Part shown: positions 36,212 to 49,500 of the stretch, piece after piece
How the letters are laid out: each line of letters begins with the position of its first letter
Position numbering within the stretch: the first letter of the stretch is position 1
From: Fistulifera solaris
Taxonomy: Eukaryota
NCBI GenBank assembly: GCA_030295235.1
Contig: AP026131.1
Span: 620,001-684,000, forward strand
DNA length: 64,000 nucleotides
Direction: 5' to 3'
Notes under the pieces: model-generated
Told to the model about the DNA's origin: nothing
The model's input: the letters and a program-made list of their open reading frames with translations, nothing else
Databases searched by the model: none
Program-made: the position numbers and the translations under genes

Positions 36212-37636
36212 ATGACGTTCACGAAAAAGAATGAAACGCTGCTATTCGCTGTTCTGGTGGTTCTGAGATGCTGGGGCTGTGAGGCATTCACTGTTACGCT
36301 ACGGCCGCTATCCAATCCCGCACAAACTTCTGTGGCTTTCGTCATTCAACGAAGACCGCTGAGGCATTTGGCGATGAGTGAAGATGATGACGACGACGAT
36401 GGGGACGAACCGTTGTCGAAAGGAATTGATTCGGTGTCATGGCTCCCATCTGTGATGGAAAGTAGTACAGTCGCTTCACCAGCACCCAACGCGGAGGATA
36501 CGGAACTTTTGCCGCTGTTTCCGCTAGGGGGGATCGTATACACACCCAACTCGGAGCACATACTCAACATTTTTGAGCCGCGTTATCGACAAATGTACAC
36601 GGACATTTTGATGAACGGGACACGACGCTTTGTTGTCAGCATGTCGCATCCTTCGGAGCCAGGTCGCTTCGCCCAAACGGGAGTTTTGTTTGAATTGAAG
36701 GATCTGAAAGAAGTGTCCGAACAAACAAAAGACCAGATCAAATACATTTGTTCTCATAAAGTTACAAGACGTGTGAAACTGCACCGTGTTCTGAATCCTG
36801 AAGCATGGAAAGCTCGGGACACGTATTTGAGAGTCGAAGGAACAATTTTGCCCGATGATGACACGAATTCGGACAGTAATGAAGAACCCAACAAAAACGA
36901 TGTATATGGCTTTATAACGGCGGCCATGAGTGATCCACAGGAGAAATCGTTGCGTAAGGCCTTTGCAAAACTGGTCGACATTCAACATGAACTGGAAGAG
37001 GATGTACGTTTTACTCGAGCGTCTGTGCTCACACTTGCCGTGAAACCGGGCTCCGGGACCGATGGTCTGTGGCAAACAATTCGTCTTTGGCAAAGTTTTG
37101 TTGATCAACGCTTGATGGCACGTCAAAACGAATTGCAAAAGGATTTCCAAGAAAAGTTGCAGAGTTTTTTGAAACAAGATCGCGGTTTAAAAGATGGGGA
37201 ACTTCCGGGGTAAGTGGAATCATCAATGACACTTATTTATGATTTGCACGTAGCTGAATACGCTCACATTTTTTGTGTTCTAGTATGATCGGATTTAGTG
37301 ACTTGACCCCTGCTCTTCAAAAAGAAGTGAAAGAATTGCAAAAACGAATGGCAGTAGAACTGGAACCCTTGATTCTGGAATCGACACTAACCATGCAAAA
37401 AGCTTTTGGAGGCAAAAGATCACTCAGAGCGCCTGAAGCTCATGCAATTTTTTATTGATGCGGAAACAAAACGATTGACGACAAAGAGAACGTTGCAAGG
37501 AATGTTCGCGACTGCAAGTCTGGATGAAGTGGTCAAAGATGAGTTGCCTCCGAAAGAAGACTCACCAAAAGAGGAGCTTAAGAACTCATCCTCTACCACG
37601 TCCTCCATATTTGATGAACCTGATGCTTTTCAGTAA
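36212..37636 (+). CDS. Plastid-targeted LON N-terminal (substrate-binding/PUA-like) domain protein
   Basis: CEA|F signal and LPLFPLGGIVYTP..LNIFEPRYRQM motif. Intron 37210-37283. Extra A near 37400. Confidence 0.85.
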
Positions 37637-37670
37637 AATAAGGCATTATAAATTATTTAGTTGAATTCAT

Positions 37671-38896
37671 TTATAATTCAATATGCTGCTGCGGACTTGT
37701 TTCTGACGTTTCATCATGTGAAAGAAGAAACTTCACCACCGGGTGATGTGCTCCTAAGTTGCGTCGGGCGATCGCAAGAGGAGTGGGAAGTTTGACGCTC
37801 TTGGTAGGTTCGTTGTAACTCACACCTTGTTCTATTAACCATTTTAGCATATTTACATGCCCAAATCTCGCCGCTTCGTGGATTGGCTGCCAACCATGAG
37901 CATCCCCAGCGCGCAAGAGTGCAGGGTCGATGGAAGTGACAAATTGTAGAGTTGAAAGATCCCCTTTTGGGCCATAAGTGAAACGTCTCGTAAGAGCGAC
38001 CAGCCTTTGGTGTTTCGCAATCTCCATTCCATTTCGGACGGACTGTCTGGTATCAGATATGGTGGAGTCATTTCCTCTAAGGAATCAACATCGCCTAGCG
38101 TCTGATCTGCATCAAGTTTCACATACGGTTCAAAATGAACAAAAACATTGGCAAAATACCGTCCACGCAGCGGAAAAGGTCGTCCGTGTATGCTTGAATG
38201 GCTCTCGTACAGAATAATGTCCCAGGGATCTATCGAGATGTTGTGAGCGACTCCGCTATGATCGTATATTTCGAGTGGCCACGGTTCGTCCACATCCTGC
38301 GCGACGTTGATGATAGCCGAGCTCACCAGAGGTAGTCGGTCGACATGCGGTGCTAAGATAGATTGGTTGTGGTAGATGCGAATACCGTAAACAGATGTAA
38401 TGGCCAACTTCATGCCCGTCCATTCCTCTACCAACGGGCGGATGGCATCGGCGATCTGTGCTTGTAATGAAGGACCGCCGATGCGTGAAATATCAATGAT
38501 CGTGGACTCCGAATCCCAATGGTTATGATAGGGCTGCGCTCTGGCCGCCGTGCTCTGAATCTCAATCGTTTCGTTGCCCTGGTAACGATCCCAAACATCT
38601 TGTAACAGACGGCGTACTTCGACGGGCGCACGTGTTTTCCAAAATCCCGTCTTGGTGAAGTTGTATACGGAAGACGGTTGGTTATTATTCATCCACAAAC
38701 GATTCATTTCTTCTCTTTCACAGATGGTGTTGTCGATGAGGCGACAGTGGGTCAGAAACTGATCATATTCGTTCTGTCGGAACACGGATTTCGATGTTGT
38801 GACGGCCCAAAAAGCATCGTCAAAACAAGTGTAGGCGAAACAAACGGAGGCTAGAGCATACAAGATGAGTCTGAGGTGAAAGTAGACGTCATTCAT
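37671..38896 (-). CDS. Secreted/ER 2OG-Fe(II) oxygenase-like protein with a C-terminal ankyrin repeat
   Basis: Signal peptide. YGIRIY..PHVDRLPLVSSAIINV..HGRPFP gives HxD...H. Ankyrin GWQPIHEAARFGH. C-terminal HIEL. One-base deletion near 37962. Confidence 0.75.
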
Positions 38897-39481
38897 TTTT
38901 TTTTTGATTTTATCATCCTAATGTTGAATGATCGCAAAAGTAATGATCAACAACAAAATGCGCTGTGAAGTGTGTTTCTTTTTTTTGCTACGTAGCATTT
39001 TGTACTGGATGCAGAATTTTAACATCCTCGACAGTACCGTACCGGTACAGTTCCAGTATCGTGCTACAGTATTATTTGGGGCTCTTCTTGTCGCCGTTCT
39101 CATTCGTTGGATCGTGACTGAAAAGGCAGTCGTGGTCTCCTAGAACCAACACATTGGCCCCTATCGTGACTCTCGATAAAACAATCGATCGGTTTTGCAT
39201 TCCTTGCCAGCGCGATTGTCGCTCTTATCCCTTCAGAATGTGTTGGTCTTTATCAAGATGCCAAAATAATCTTGTTATTTGCTTTATAATATCTGACATC
39301 GAAACTTTTGTTCGGATTATCCACCTCATAATTACTATCATCCGAGGTGTTTTATTCCTAAGTTAGCTAAATTTATTTCACTATTCAGTGCGCAGCACAA
39401 TTGCGATAGACATTGAAAGGCCTGAACATAACTCAATCTAGAACAAATGTATGCGTTTTTATTTATACAAGCATGTCTATT

Positions 39482-41227
39482 TCAGTGCCTGCCTTTAGCT
39501 AGTGCGGCCCAATCAATTTCGTCGTCGTCTATACCGTTCACTTTCCTATCGCCCGACGGTTCCATTGAAATGTGACTTGCGCTGTATGGTTCGAGTCGTT
39601 TTGCTACGGCCGTTGGTACCATTGCGCGACAATAGGTCCCCGTCTCTCGGTAATCTACTACCTCTACATTTCCTTGTTCGTGAACTATATTCAGTTCATC
39701 TCCTTTCGAGTACGGGAGCAGGATCTCGATGGGGACGAGCAACTGCGACATGGCATCTTCCACCACGGCGACAAAGTCTTGTAAACCTTCGCCAGTTTTG
39801 GCTGACACGGCAACCGTATTTTCACTCGTTGCAGCATCATATTTCAGATATTCGGCGTCATCGGGTTCGAGCAGATCCATTTTGTTCAACACACGAACAA
39901 TTGGTTTATCGTCGACGTTCATTTCTTTCAACACGGATAGAACAGCCAATTCTTGTTTCTCCCATGACGGGTTAGAGACGTCAATGACATGAATGAGTAC
40001 ATCAGCTTCTTTGACTTCTTCTAATGTCGCTCGGAAGGCCGCAACCAGATGTGTCGGAAGCTTCTGAATGAACCCGACGGTGTCTGTAAGTAACACTTCT
40101 GGATGTGTTTTGTATCCTGGCAATTTTACTTTTCGGGTAGTCGGATCCAAAGTGGCAAATAAGATGGATTCTGCCATGACACCCGCGCGCGTCAGATAAT
40201 TCAATAAGGAGCTTTTACCGGCGTTGGTGTACCCGACCAGAGAAAGAAACGGAAGGCCGGTTCGTTTCCTGGACAATCGGTGCATCGTTCGATGCTTCTG
40301 CACATCATCGATTTTGTGTTTGAGAGTAATGATGCGGTCCCGCACCAATCGCTTGTCAATCTCCAATTGACTTTCACCCGGTCCCCTCAATCCAACTCCA
40401 CCGGCTCCGGACTGTCGTTCCAAGTGCGTCCACATTTTCGTCAATCGAGGCTTTCGATACTCGTGCAGAGCGAGCTCTACTTGCAATTTTCCTTCTTTCG
40501 TCTTGGCGTGTTGAGCGAAAATGTCCAAGATCAGGGCGGTTCGATCAATGACTTTGATTTCTCCACCGGCCACTAAAAAATCATCCTGCAGTATTTTCTT
40601 ATTGAACGAATTCTCCAAATGCTTCTGTTGTCGCGGAGTGAGTTCCGCATCGAACACAATGGTCGAACAATCACCCGCTCCTTTCATCAATTCGTTGGCT
40701 TCTTCCACTTTTCCCGTCCCAATGTACGTGCGGGGATTGATTTCATTGAGCCGTTGCGTGACTTCTCCCGCAATTTCCATGCCGGCCGTTTTGATCAATT
40801 CGCGCATTTCGGTCATGCTCTCTTCTAACGAAAAATACGGTTGTTCGTCGTTACTTTGAGAACGTCGCGCCGCCGAGAGTTCCTCCACGCCCACTAAGAT
40901 GCAGCGCTCAACCTTTCGTTTGACACCAAACTCGTCAATGTAAAGACGGTCTTCGCGTTCTTCTAATATATCAGCTTCGTCGCGGATGGTATCGATGAAA
41001 TCTGGTGAACTATTAAAGTCGAATGTGTTATCGTCTAGATCATAAAATCCCATTCCAGATGCCGCTGTTTCCAGTGACCATTCTTCATCATCTACCGGAG
41101 ACGGTATTTGAGTCGAGGGTGATGTTGAAACGAACAGTGCATTCGTTCGACGCGTGTTTGACAAAGAAAAAGCTTGCACGTTTGCAGTGCAAAACACAAG
41201 TGCACTCCACACGGCAATCCAAGTCAT
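39482..41227 (-). CDS. hflX: Plastid-targeted ribosome-associated GTPase HflX
   Basis: [25 protein letters not shown]1 [17 protein letters not shown] and NKMD motifs. ATG 41227 begins a signal ending VQA|F. Confidence 0.93.
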   Translation of the reverse strand: MTWIAVWSALVFCTANVQAFSLSNTRRTNALFVSTSPSTQIPSPVDDEEWSLETAASGMGFYDLDDNTFDFNSSPDFIDTIRDEADILEEREDRLYIDEFGVKRKVERCILVGVEELSAARRSQSNDEQPYFSLEESMTEMRELIKTAGMEIAGEVTQRLNEINPRTYIGTGKVEEANELMKGAGDCSTIVFDAELTPRQQKHLENSFNKKILQDDFLVAGGEIKVIDRTALILDIFAQHAKTKEGKLQVELALHEYRKPRLTKMWTHLERQSGAGGVGLRGPGESQLEIDKRLVRDRIITLKHKIDDVQKHRTMHRLSRKRTGLPFLSLVGYTNAGKSSLLNYLTRAGVMAESILFATLDPTTRKVKLPGYKTHPEVLLTDTVGFIQKLPTHLVAAFRATLEEVKEADVLIHVIDVSNPSWEKQELAVLSVLKEMNVDDKPIVRVLNKMDLLEPDDAEYLKYDAATSENTVAVSAKTGEGLQDFVAVVEDAMSQLLVPIEILLPYSKGDELNIVHEQGNVEVVDYRETGTYCRAMVPTAVAKRLEPYSASHISMEPSGDRKVNGIDDDEIDWAALAKGRH

Positions 41228-41818
41228 TCGTTGCGTTCGATGCGAAGATTTTCGAGATTTTGTTCGTTCCTTTATAAGGTATTCCATTCTGATGTTTCGA
41301 AGGTTGCTTCCGCAACGCTTTTGCTGTAATTTTGTACACGACCTTGCGTCTTGATACTCCTTGAATGATCCGCCGTCACAATAATCCTTTGTTCTTTGTT
41401 GATTTGTAAAAGAAAAAAACACGTGGCCATGGGCGATTTGATCTTGACGTCTTTCGGATGAATCAGAAGGCGCAGTCTTTTTTCTCGTCCACTGGTTCGT
41501 GCGAAATGTCCGAACGCCAGTGAGTCCAGTATCCCACGTTCAGTGGCCGAAAATTTCCTATACTGCGGAATGGTGGTTTTTCGAATGGTTCTTAAGTCCT
41601 CACTCCAACGGACGGATTTCTTTTCCGTTGATGTCATTGTGGAAGCGCGGAAAGCTCGCCGGACGCGTTCCCCCTACACCAATACGAACACTTCTGGTGG
41701 AACGCCTGCATCATCGTTTCCCCCAAAGGGCACGCGATTTCTCGTGCAGGGAGTGGCATTTGAACGTGTGTGATGAATTTGCATTATTTTATTTTATGGC
41801 AACAATAACAGGATCATC

Positions 41819-42856
41819 ATGAACAACGCAAACTCTAGAAAACAATTGGATTCATTGTACGAACCATCCGTACAAATGACCAAGCTCTGTTCGACCGATG
41901 GCTCATGGTCGGATGAGAATGACGAACACGACCCGTTAGAATCGGAATCATCATCATCGAGCGCTCTCGAACGAACGATTCCTTGGATGGGAGCGCTCGT
42001 TTGGCCGCTCATGTCCACCGTTCCTCTTTTATTATCGTCGGAATATTCTCCAATTTCCTATCAAGACATCTTTCCGGTGTCATGGTACGAACCGAGCGGC
42101 GGAAGACCCAAACCGCTGGGGCTGATATTGGGGCTATTGGCGGTCGCTGTGGGTCAATTCTGGGTGTGTTTCTTCTTTTACCTTTTCAAATATGGTTATT
42201 TATCAGCCCGAAAGGAGCCGCTTTCGATTCAAACGAAAGGGGCACGTGTTTACGATTTCATGGAAGGGCTGCTCACACATCTCGCACAAGTCGAAGGCTT
42301 TGTGCTGTTAATGTCGTACCTCACAATCACTTGGATGACGGGAATCATGCCCAAGGCGTACTACACATTCGATGGGACAATTCAATACAAAGAGCTATTC
42401 TTATGTCTGCTGATTCAAGATGGATTACAGTACACGGTTCATCTGCTTGAACACATTGTGTCCCCGTCTTTTTATCAAATTTCCCACAAACCGCATCACC
42501 GCTTCATCAATCCGCGCCTGTTCGATGCATTCAATGGCAGCTTCCTGGATACCATTTGCATGGTAGTCATTCCTCTCTTTCTCACTTCGCAAATTGTGCG
42601 AAACTGCAACGTCTGGACGTACATGTCCTTTGGATCCAGTTATTCGTGTTGGCTCACGTTGATTCATTCCGAATACGCCTTTTGTTGGGACGGTATGTTC
42701 CGTGCACTCGGTTTGGGGACACCCGCCGATCATCACGTGCATCACAAGTTTTTTAAGTTCAATTACGGACACTTGTTCATGTGGTTTGATCGATTGGCGG
42801 GGACGTACCGCAATCCGCGCAGCTTTGCGCCGCGCGTCTTCAATCACAAGGTCTAG
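41819..42856 (+). CDS. Fatty acid hydroxylase / sterol desaturase family membrane di-iron enzyme
   Basis: His boxes HLLEH, HKPHH and HHVHH, NYGHLFMWFDRLAGT motif, TM helices. Confidence 0.85.
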   Translation: MNNANSRKQLDSLYEPSVQMTKLCSTDGSWSDENDEHDPLESESSSSSALERTIPWMGALVWPLMSTVPLLLSSEYSPISYQDIFPVSWYEPSGGRPKPLGLILGLLAVAVGQFWVCFFFYLFKYGYLSARKEPLSIQTKGARVYDFMEGLLTHLAQVEGFVLLMSYLTITWMTGIMPKAYYTFDGTIQYKELFLCLLIQDGLQYTVHLLEHIVSPSFYQISHKPHHRFINPRLFDAFNGSFLDTICMVVIPLFLTSQIVRNCNVWTYMSFGSSYSCWLTLIHSEYAFCWDGMFRALGLGTPADHHVHHKFFKFNYGHLFMWFDRLAGTYRNPRSFAPRVFNHKV

Positions 42857-43333
42857 AGGCGGCGAAGGAATGAATAGATGTATTGTGTTTTCTTGTGGTC
42901 AATGCTAATGGGTGCCAAACTGTTGGCATAGTAATAAAGTGTGTGTTTCTTCTTCTGATTATTCCGTATACATGAGATGCTCTTATCAAGTCTAGATTCT
43001 TTCCAGCAAAGTCTAGAGATCCAGCAAAGGATTTGTGTTAGTTGTACGTCGAACATGGTGCTGTGGAGTGATATTTCATGTTGAAATGTAACGGCAAACG
43101 CGGTCCATAGCTGCCGGGACTGGGGAAATAGTTGAGTCAGTAGGGTGATGATGATGATTCATTATTCTTTCGTCACTTCGCATTATCGGATTTTGCTTGC
43201 TACAAAGTACTTGTTTACGTTTCTATTGATAAACAATAGGCTTTATCTTCCATACTGCAACCGATAAAAGCTCTTGTTTTGGTTTTCCAGCGTCGAAAAG
43301 CTGTGCATCAATTAAAGGGAAGTCTTTCCAAAA

Positions 43334-44263
43334 ATGCTTCACAGTATCCCTCGTGTAGGCATGATGGGGATGGCCTGGCTCCTGGTAGCATTTGTCGGAT
43401 GGACGAACGGCTTCATGACTCCTCCGACAACTAACGCTCGCAGTGATCTGACATTGAATTTATCCAGCGGCGCGGAAGATGTCTCGAGACGACAACTGTT
43501 CGTTTCTGCTGTCGTTACGGCAACCGCACTGTCCGGAGGTCGCGTCGAAGCGACCCCCACGTCGAAAGTGCTAGTACTGGGCGGCACGGGATTCATCGGA
43601 TCTCGTGTCGTGCAGCAACTCCAGAAGGCCGGAATATCGGTCGTGGCCACCAGTCGGGATGGTCGGGACGGAACGGTGGCCTTGGATATTCTCACCACGG
43701 ACAATGTGGTCGATCGCGTCAAGGAATTGGCGAGCGGATGTCAAGCGGTGATTTCTTGTTGGGGAGCCATCGGAACCGCGAATGACAATGTCATTAATTC
43801 CGCCAGTGGATGGGCCGCCCAAGGAGCCAAGGCGGCGGGAGTGAACCGGTTTGTTTCGTTTGGGATCGCTCCCGAAGTAGTGCAAGCAACGTCGGGCATT
43901 GAATTCATTCAACCTTATATTCAAGGCAAGGAATTTGCCAAACAGTCGGTACAATCGCTCTTTGGGGATTCTGGTGTGATCATTGAACCAACTTTCGTGC
44001 ACGGTGGTGATTCGTTTGGCGTGAATCCACCGAGAGTGGCCGGTTTCTATGGCGAGTTCATTGAAGGCCTTTTATCTTCATCGCCCGTGCGAGCCATCGA
44101 AGGTGCTCTTCCGCGCGGGAATATCATTCAAGTGGCTCTCGAACCACCGATTTCGGTCGATACTGTGGCAAGTGCTGCCGTTGTTGTCGCTCTGGGGAAA
44201 ATTGGTTCGTCGGTCAGTTTAGATACGTACGACAAGATCAAGGAAGTGGCAAGGCTATTGTAA
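43334..44263 (+). CDS. Plastid-targeted NAD(P)-binding Rossmann-fold (atypical SDR) protein
   Basis: Signal ending TNG|F, SRRQLF segment, VLVLGGTGFIG nucleotide-binding motif. Confidence 0.85.
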   Translation: MLHSIPRVGMMGMAWLLVAFVGWTNGFMTPPTTNARSDLTLNLSSGAEDVSRRQLFVSAVVTATALSGGRVEATPTSKVLVLGGTGFIGSRVVQQLQKAGISVVATSRDGRDGTVALDILTTDNVVDRVKELASGCQAVISCWGAIGTANDNVINSASGWAAQGAKAAGVNRFVSFGIAPEVVQATSGIEFIQPYIQGKEFAKQSVQSLFGDSGVIIEPTFVHGGDSFGVNPPRVAGFYGEFIEGLLSSSPVRAIEGALPRGNIIQVALEPPISVDTVASAAVVVALGKIGSSVSLDTYDKIKEVARLL

Positions 44264-44412
44264 AATCGTCAAGCAGCCGCTTTTGTGTTGTGTGAAGACT
44301 GTAAATAAGTCTTTCTTCATTAGCTAGAAGCCCTACTCTTCAAATACGTATTGCTATTAAACCTTATCAAATACTATGTAATGGGTCGAATGAAACACAA
44401 AAGTCGCTGCAC

Positions 44413-45520
44413 CTAAACCTCTGCCACATATTCCCTGGGCTTCGTTTTCTTAGAACGAGTCGATTTGGCATCCGTCTGGAGAGCGTCTTCGTCATCTTTT
44501 GCTTCTTCTTCCGACTCTTTGCCTTCGCCATTCTGTTCCACAACTCCTTCTTCCTCAACCTTCGGCACAGCTGCCGCAACAGCCGACTCTGCTACGTCCG
44601 CCAGGATATCGGAGTCAATGCTGGAACGAACTTGCCAAACAAACCCAACATTGTTCAATTTCTCAAGACGATCTTCAGTCAAAAGGAATGCTTTCCCTGT
44701 TTAAGAAGCTTGAACTGTTCTCTCTGTTTCGCCACCCATTTTCCCAACGCCTTGTTTTCCTTGTAATGCTGAGGGACCTTGCAATCTCCGTTCTTCTCCT
44801 TGTACTCCAAGAGTTCGTTGTAGCGTTGATCCCATTCCGGTCGGTTGCGGACCTGCCAGATAAAGCCCAAACTTTCCAGTTTGAGTTTGCGCTCCTTGTT
44901 GAGTTGCGAAGGTTGACCTTGCTTCATGGCCTTGTATTGACGTCGCTGATCGGTGACCCAATCGCCCAATCCGGGAATTTCACACAAGCGGGGGACCAAA
45001 ATGTGGCCGTGTGCCTTCTTGTAATCGTCCAGAAGCGTGAAGAAGCGATTCCAGTGCTCATCGCCGCGAGACGTGAGAGGAACGTGCAAATGCTGCAACA
45101 CCTTGATCTGATCTTCCGTCAAAGTAGAAGGTGTCGGGGTTCGTCGCTTGCGTCCGCTTCGTCCTCGTCGCCATCTTCTTTCACTGCGGCATGGTTCTTG
45201 TATTCACGCTTCACGTGCTGCAGCCAAGCGTGCAACTCCGGGTACTCTTCCTTGGGGACATGATAATTTCCTTTTTCGGCTTTGAAGAGCAAGAGCTGGA
45301 ATAAGTAGTTATTGAAGGCACCTGGTTCGGTCGAAAGGATCTTCAGTCCTCGAGTGGGTGCCTTGCGTGCCTTCTTGGCGGGCGGTAGCTTGACATCATC
45401 GTCTCCCGCAGCCACTTCATCGTCCGCGGCTTCAGTTTCGTTCGCTTTCACTTCATCGGGCTTGATCGTTTCCGCAACGTCGGCGGCTTCTTTGGTGCGT
45501 TTTCCTCGACTGGCCGGCAT
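44413..45520 (-). CDS. Helicase-associated (HA) repeat protein, probably nuclear nucleic-acid binding
   Basis: Repeated W...Y..L..YK..HG...VP...LG.WV..QR...L...GF.W modules and an NLS-like PPAKKARK. Frameshifts near 45137 and 44682. Confidence 0.85.
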
Positions 45521-46435
45521 GGTGATGGTTTAACCCTTGAATGACGCAAAAGTTATAAGAAGGGATACACTACGGTAGAGGTTTGATTGTTGCCGTTTTG
45601 TCCCTTAACCCAACGGAGGATAGCGAAGGAGTGGTCGTAAAAACTCGCCAGCGAAAGGATTTCGCTGAGAGATGCAGCGTGCAGCGTTTTCGTCCACGTG
45701 CTTCTGTTTTCGTGTCAGAAAATGGAATGAGTGAGGAGCGAAGAGTAGGCGAAGATTGAAACGGCATACAGATCTACTATTTGATCAACTGTATAGTCTC
45801 AACGGACCCAATAATAGAAATTACATAGAAGTGGGTGACCGAATTGTATTCCAGTGTATAACAAAATGTACATTTTCAAAAATAATCATCAACAAACGTT
45901 CTGTCATTGCTCATGACTAAAAATCCAGTCATGCGAAAGTTGTAATACACTTGGGGCGATAGTAAATACTTTTTTTTAAAAAAAATAAACAATGGTGTTC
46001 AACATACCGGAAGCTTTCTCGTCGTAAGAATAAAAGAGGCATTGAAAGCAACGTTAGAGAGTTAGTTTTTTAAATTAAAAAGGCTGGTATACAGGGATGA
46101 ACAGCCCATAGTAGCAAACGATCCTTTATAGTCACCAGACTCGTGACTGAATCACAATCGCGCCGAAGGGATGTCAATACCAACTTGAAAGTGATTGATG
46201 AATGAGGAGGGTCGAAATGCAAAAATTTGCAGATTCTTTTTAGCATCAAAGTCTATTTTTGTTCGCACGTTACTAAAAGATAGAATTGGTGATTCGTGAT
46301 TTATGAGCCAATCACGAGTACGATGCCCGACGCTCATAACCCGTTCGACATCGATCCTTATCGTTTGCCGTTTGCGGCTGTGCTGTGAGCTGTGAGCGGT
46401 GCAGAAAACAAGCTGCGGCCCTATTATCCTATTAT

Positions 46436-46462
46436 TTTTATTATTATTATTATTATTATTAT
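46436..46462. repeat. (TTA)n microsatellite upstream of PRP8
   Basis: Run of TTA triplets read directly. Confidence 0.9.
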
Positions 46463-46516
46463 CATATCTTACGAACAAGCATCGATACCCTATATTAAAG
46501 AAAGAAAAACAACCGC

Positions 46517-49500
46517 ATGGATAATTCAAACGACAATCAAAGCCGCTATCCGCCGGGAATTGGACCTCCCCCCGGAATGGGATACGCTGGGGCAGCTCCG
46601 GCACCGGCGTATCCTTCCGTCCCAATTGTTCCCCCCTTACTCGTCGGATGACATGGGTTTTTCACCTCCCCCCGGTATGATGCCTCCTCCTGGAATGCAA
46701 GCACCGCCCGGAATGATGCCTCCTCCTGGAATGCAAGCACCGCCCGGAATGATGCCTCCGCCAGGAATGCAGATACCTCCGGGCATGATGCCGCGTCCAG
46801 GAATGCCAGCGCCGCCGGGCATGATGCCGCCTCCCGGAATGCAAAGCAATCAGCGATATCCTGAGGAGATCTCGCTGGAAGAGAAAGCGAAGCGCTGGAC
46901 GAAGATGCAGTCGAAACGATATTCTCATAAAAAGATGCAAACGTTTTCTGCTCCTCAGAAGGAGTTGATGCCTCCGGATTTTCTTCGTAAAATTATACAA
47001 GATCATGGTGACATGTCCACGAAACGATATCAGTCGGAAAAGCGAGTTTATTTGGGCGCTCTCAAGTATGTGCCGCATGCGATTTACAAGCTCCTGGAAA
47101 ACATCCCCATGCCCTGGGAAGCATACAAAGAAGTCCCTGTTTTGTTTCATGTTACGGGTGCGATTAGTTTTATTCACGAAGTTCCGAAAGTCATTGAACC
47201 GGTTTACAGAGCGCAATGGGGTACTACATGGCTTTTGATGCGGCGTGAAAAGCGTGATCGTCGTCATTTCAAGCGAATGCGCTTTCCTCCGTTCGATGAT
47301 GAAGAACCTCCGTTGGATTATGTCGATCACTTTCTTACCGTGGAGCCTCCCGAAGCAATTCGGCTAGATATGGAGTCCGAAGACGAGTATGCTCTGTTGC
47401 GTGACTGGTTTTACGATAGCAAGCCTCTTTCCGATATTCGTCAACAGAAGCAGTTGCGAAGTGCAGATGATGACGAGGATGAAGTTCACCTTACAGATCA
47501 CGCTTACGTGAATGGTCCCAGTTACAAGGAATGGCGACTTAGTACACCGATCATGGCTCAACTCTATGGACTTGCTGAGCCTCTGTTAAGCGCCTTTAAT
47601 GACCAGAACCATCGCTATCTGTTCGATTTGCCCGAATTCTTGACAGCCAAAGCGCTGAATGTGGCGATTCCGGGAGGCCCACGATTCGAACCGCTCTTTC
47701 GCGATGTTCATCAAGAAGACGAGGACTGGAATGATTTTAATGACATTTCCAAGATTATCATCCGCCAACCGATCCGTACAGAGTACAAAATTGCCTTTCC
47801 CCACGTGTACAATTCTCGCCCGCGTCAGGTCAAACTAGCTCCGTATCACCATGTTCCGTACTGTTATGCTGGTAATGAAGAAGAAGATGGTGATGAGGAA
47901 ATGGAAGTCACGTGCTTTGAAATCTATCCCTCACAACTGAACCCAATTGTCAGAGTCGACAAAACTGATTGGCGTCGACACTGGGAGACTGTTGACGACG
48001 ATTTTGCAGAGGACGATCGATTGCCTCTTGTGGGAGAAATTCAGAACAGCGATTCTGATGTTTGGTCTCAACACACCACCAACTTCTTCTCTTTCGACGA
48101 TCCGGGGTGGGAGCCGGATGAAGAGTGCATTTTATGGGCACAGCCACTCGTTTGTGATGCTCCATTATCAACTGTCAACACGTCTTCTGGGATAACTTTG
48201 TACAATGCTCCGCATCCATTCACGCTACGATCAGGGCGCACGCGACGCACAGTTGACATTCCTTTGATTAATCATTGGTTCCGCGATCGCGTCTCTCGTG
48301 ACTTGAACTATCCAACGAAAGTTCGCGTCTCATATCAGAAACTTCTTAAGGCGTGGGTACTCAATCAGTTGCATTCGAAACCAGACAAGCCTAAAACAAA
48401 GCGTGCATTGTTTAAAAGCTTAAAGAGTACCAAGTTTTTCCAGTGTACGGAGCTTGATTGGCTGGAAGCTGGTTTGCAGATTTGTCGCCAAGGGCACAAC
48501 GTTTTGAACTTGCTGATAATGAGAAAGCAACTGAAATACCTTCACTTGGACTACAACTTTAATTTGAAACCCACCAAGACGTTGACGACGAAAGAACGAA
48601 AGAAATCCCGGTTCGGCAATGCATTCCATCTGGTTCGCGAAATTTTGCGTTTGACCAAGTTGGTCGTCGATGCGCACGCGCAATACCGCCTTTCGAACAT
48701 TGATGCTTATCAGTTGGCGGATGGGTTGCAGTACGCTTTCAATCACGTGGGACAATTGACGGGTATGTACCGATACAAATACCGATTGATGCGGCAAATT
48801 CGTACTTGCAAGGATCTCAAACATTTGATCTATTATCGCTTCAACACCGGCCCGGTCGGCAAGGGTCCGGGTGTGGGCTTTTGGGCTCCTAGTTGGAGAG
48901 TTTGGATGTTCTTTCTGAGAGGAATTGTTCCTCTGTTGGAGCGCTGGCTCGGAAATTTGCTTGCTCGGCAGTTTGAGGGACGGCACTCGAAGTCATCCGC
49001 AAAGACTGTCACCAAACAGAGAGTTGAGTCGCATTTTGATCTTGAACTTCGTGCTAGCGTAATGCACGATATTCTCGATATGATGCCGGCTGGTATCAAG
49101 CAAAACAAGTCCCGAGTCATTTTATCTCATCTGAGCGAGGCTTTCCGATGTTGGAAAGCCAATATTCCTGGAAGGTTCCCGGCATGCCTGCTCCGATTGA
49201 AAACATGATTCTTCGCTACGTCAAGGCAAAAGCAGATTGGTGGACGAACATTGCTCACTACAATCGCGAGCGCATCAAGCGCGGAGGTACTGTTGACAAG
49301 ACCGTGGTAAAAAAGAATTTGGGTCGTCTAACTCGATTGTGGCTAAAAGCAGAACAAGAACGACAACACAATTACCTCAAGGATGGGCCGTATGTTTCAG
49401 CCGAAGAAGCTGTTGCTATCTATACTACAGTGGTACATTGGCTCGAGAGTCGAAAATTTACACCAATTCCTTTCCCACCTTTGTCGTACAAGCATGACAC

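Noticed and set aside
30734..41227. Bacterial contamination or an HGT island suggested by dnaG and hflX (and by clpS and the histidine kinase elsewhere)
   Set aside because: dnaG, hflX and clpS carry eukaryotic bipartite plastid presequences, and all are interleaved with spliced eukaryotic genes, with no operon structure.
46392..46516. N-terminal hydrophobic poly-Ile segment of the 938-aa ORF as part of PRP8
   Set aside because: It is the translation of a (TTA)n microsatellite upstream of the more plausible ATG at 46517.
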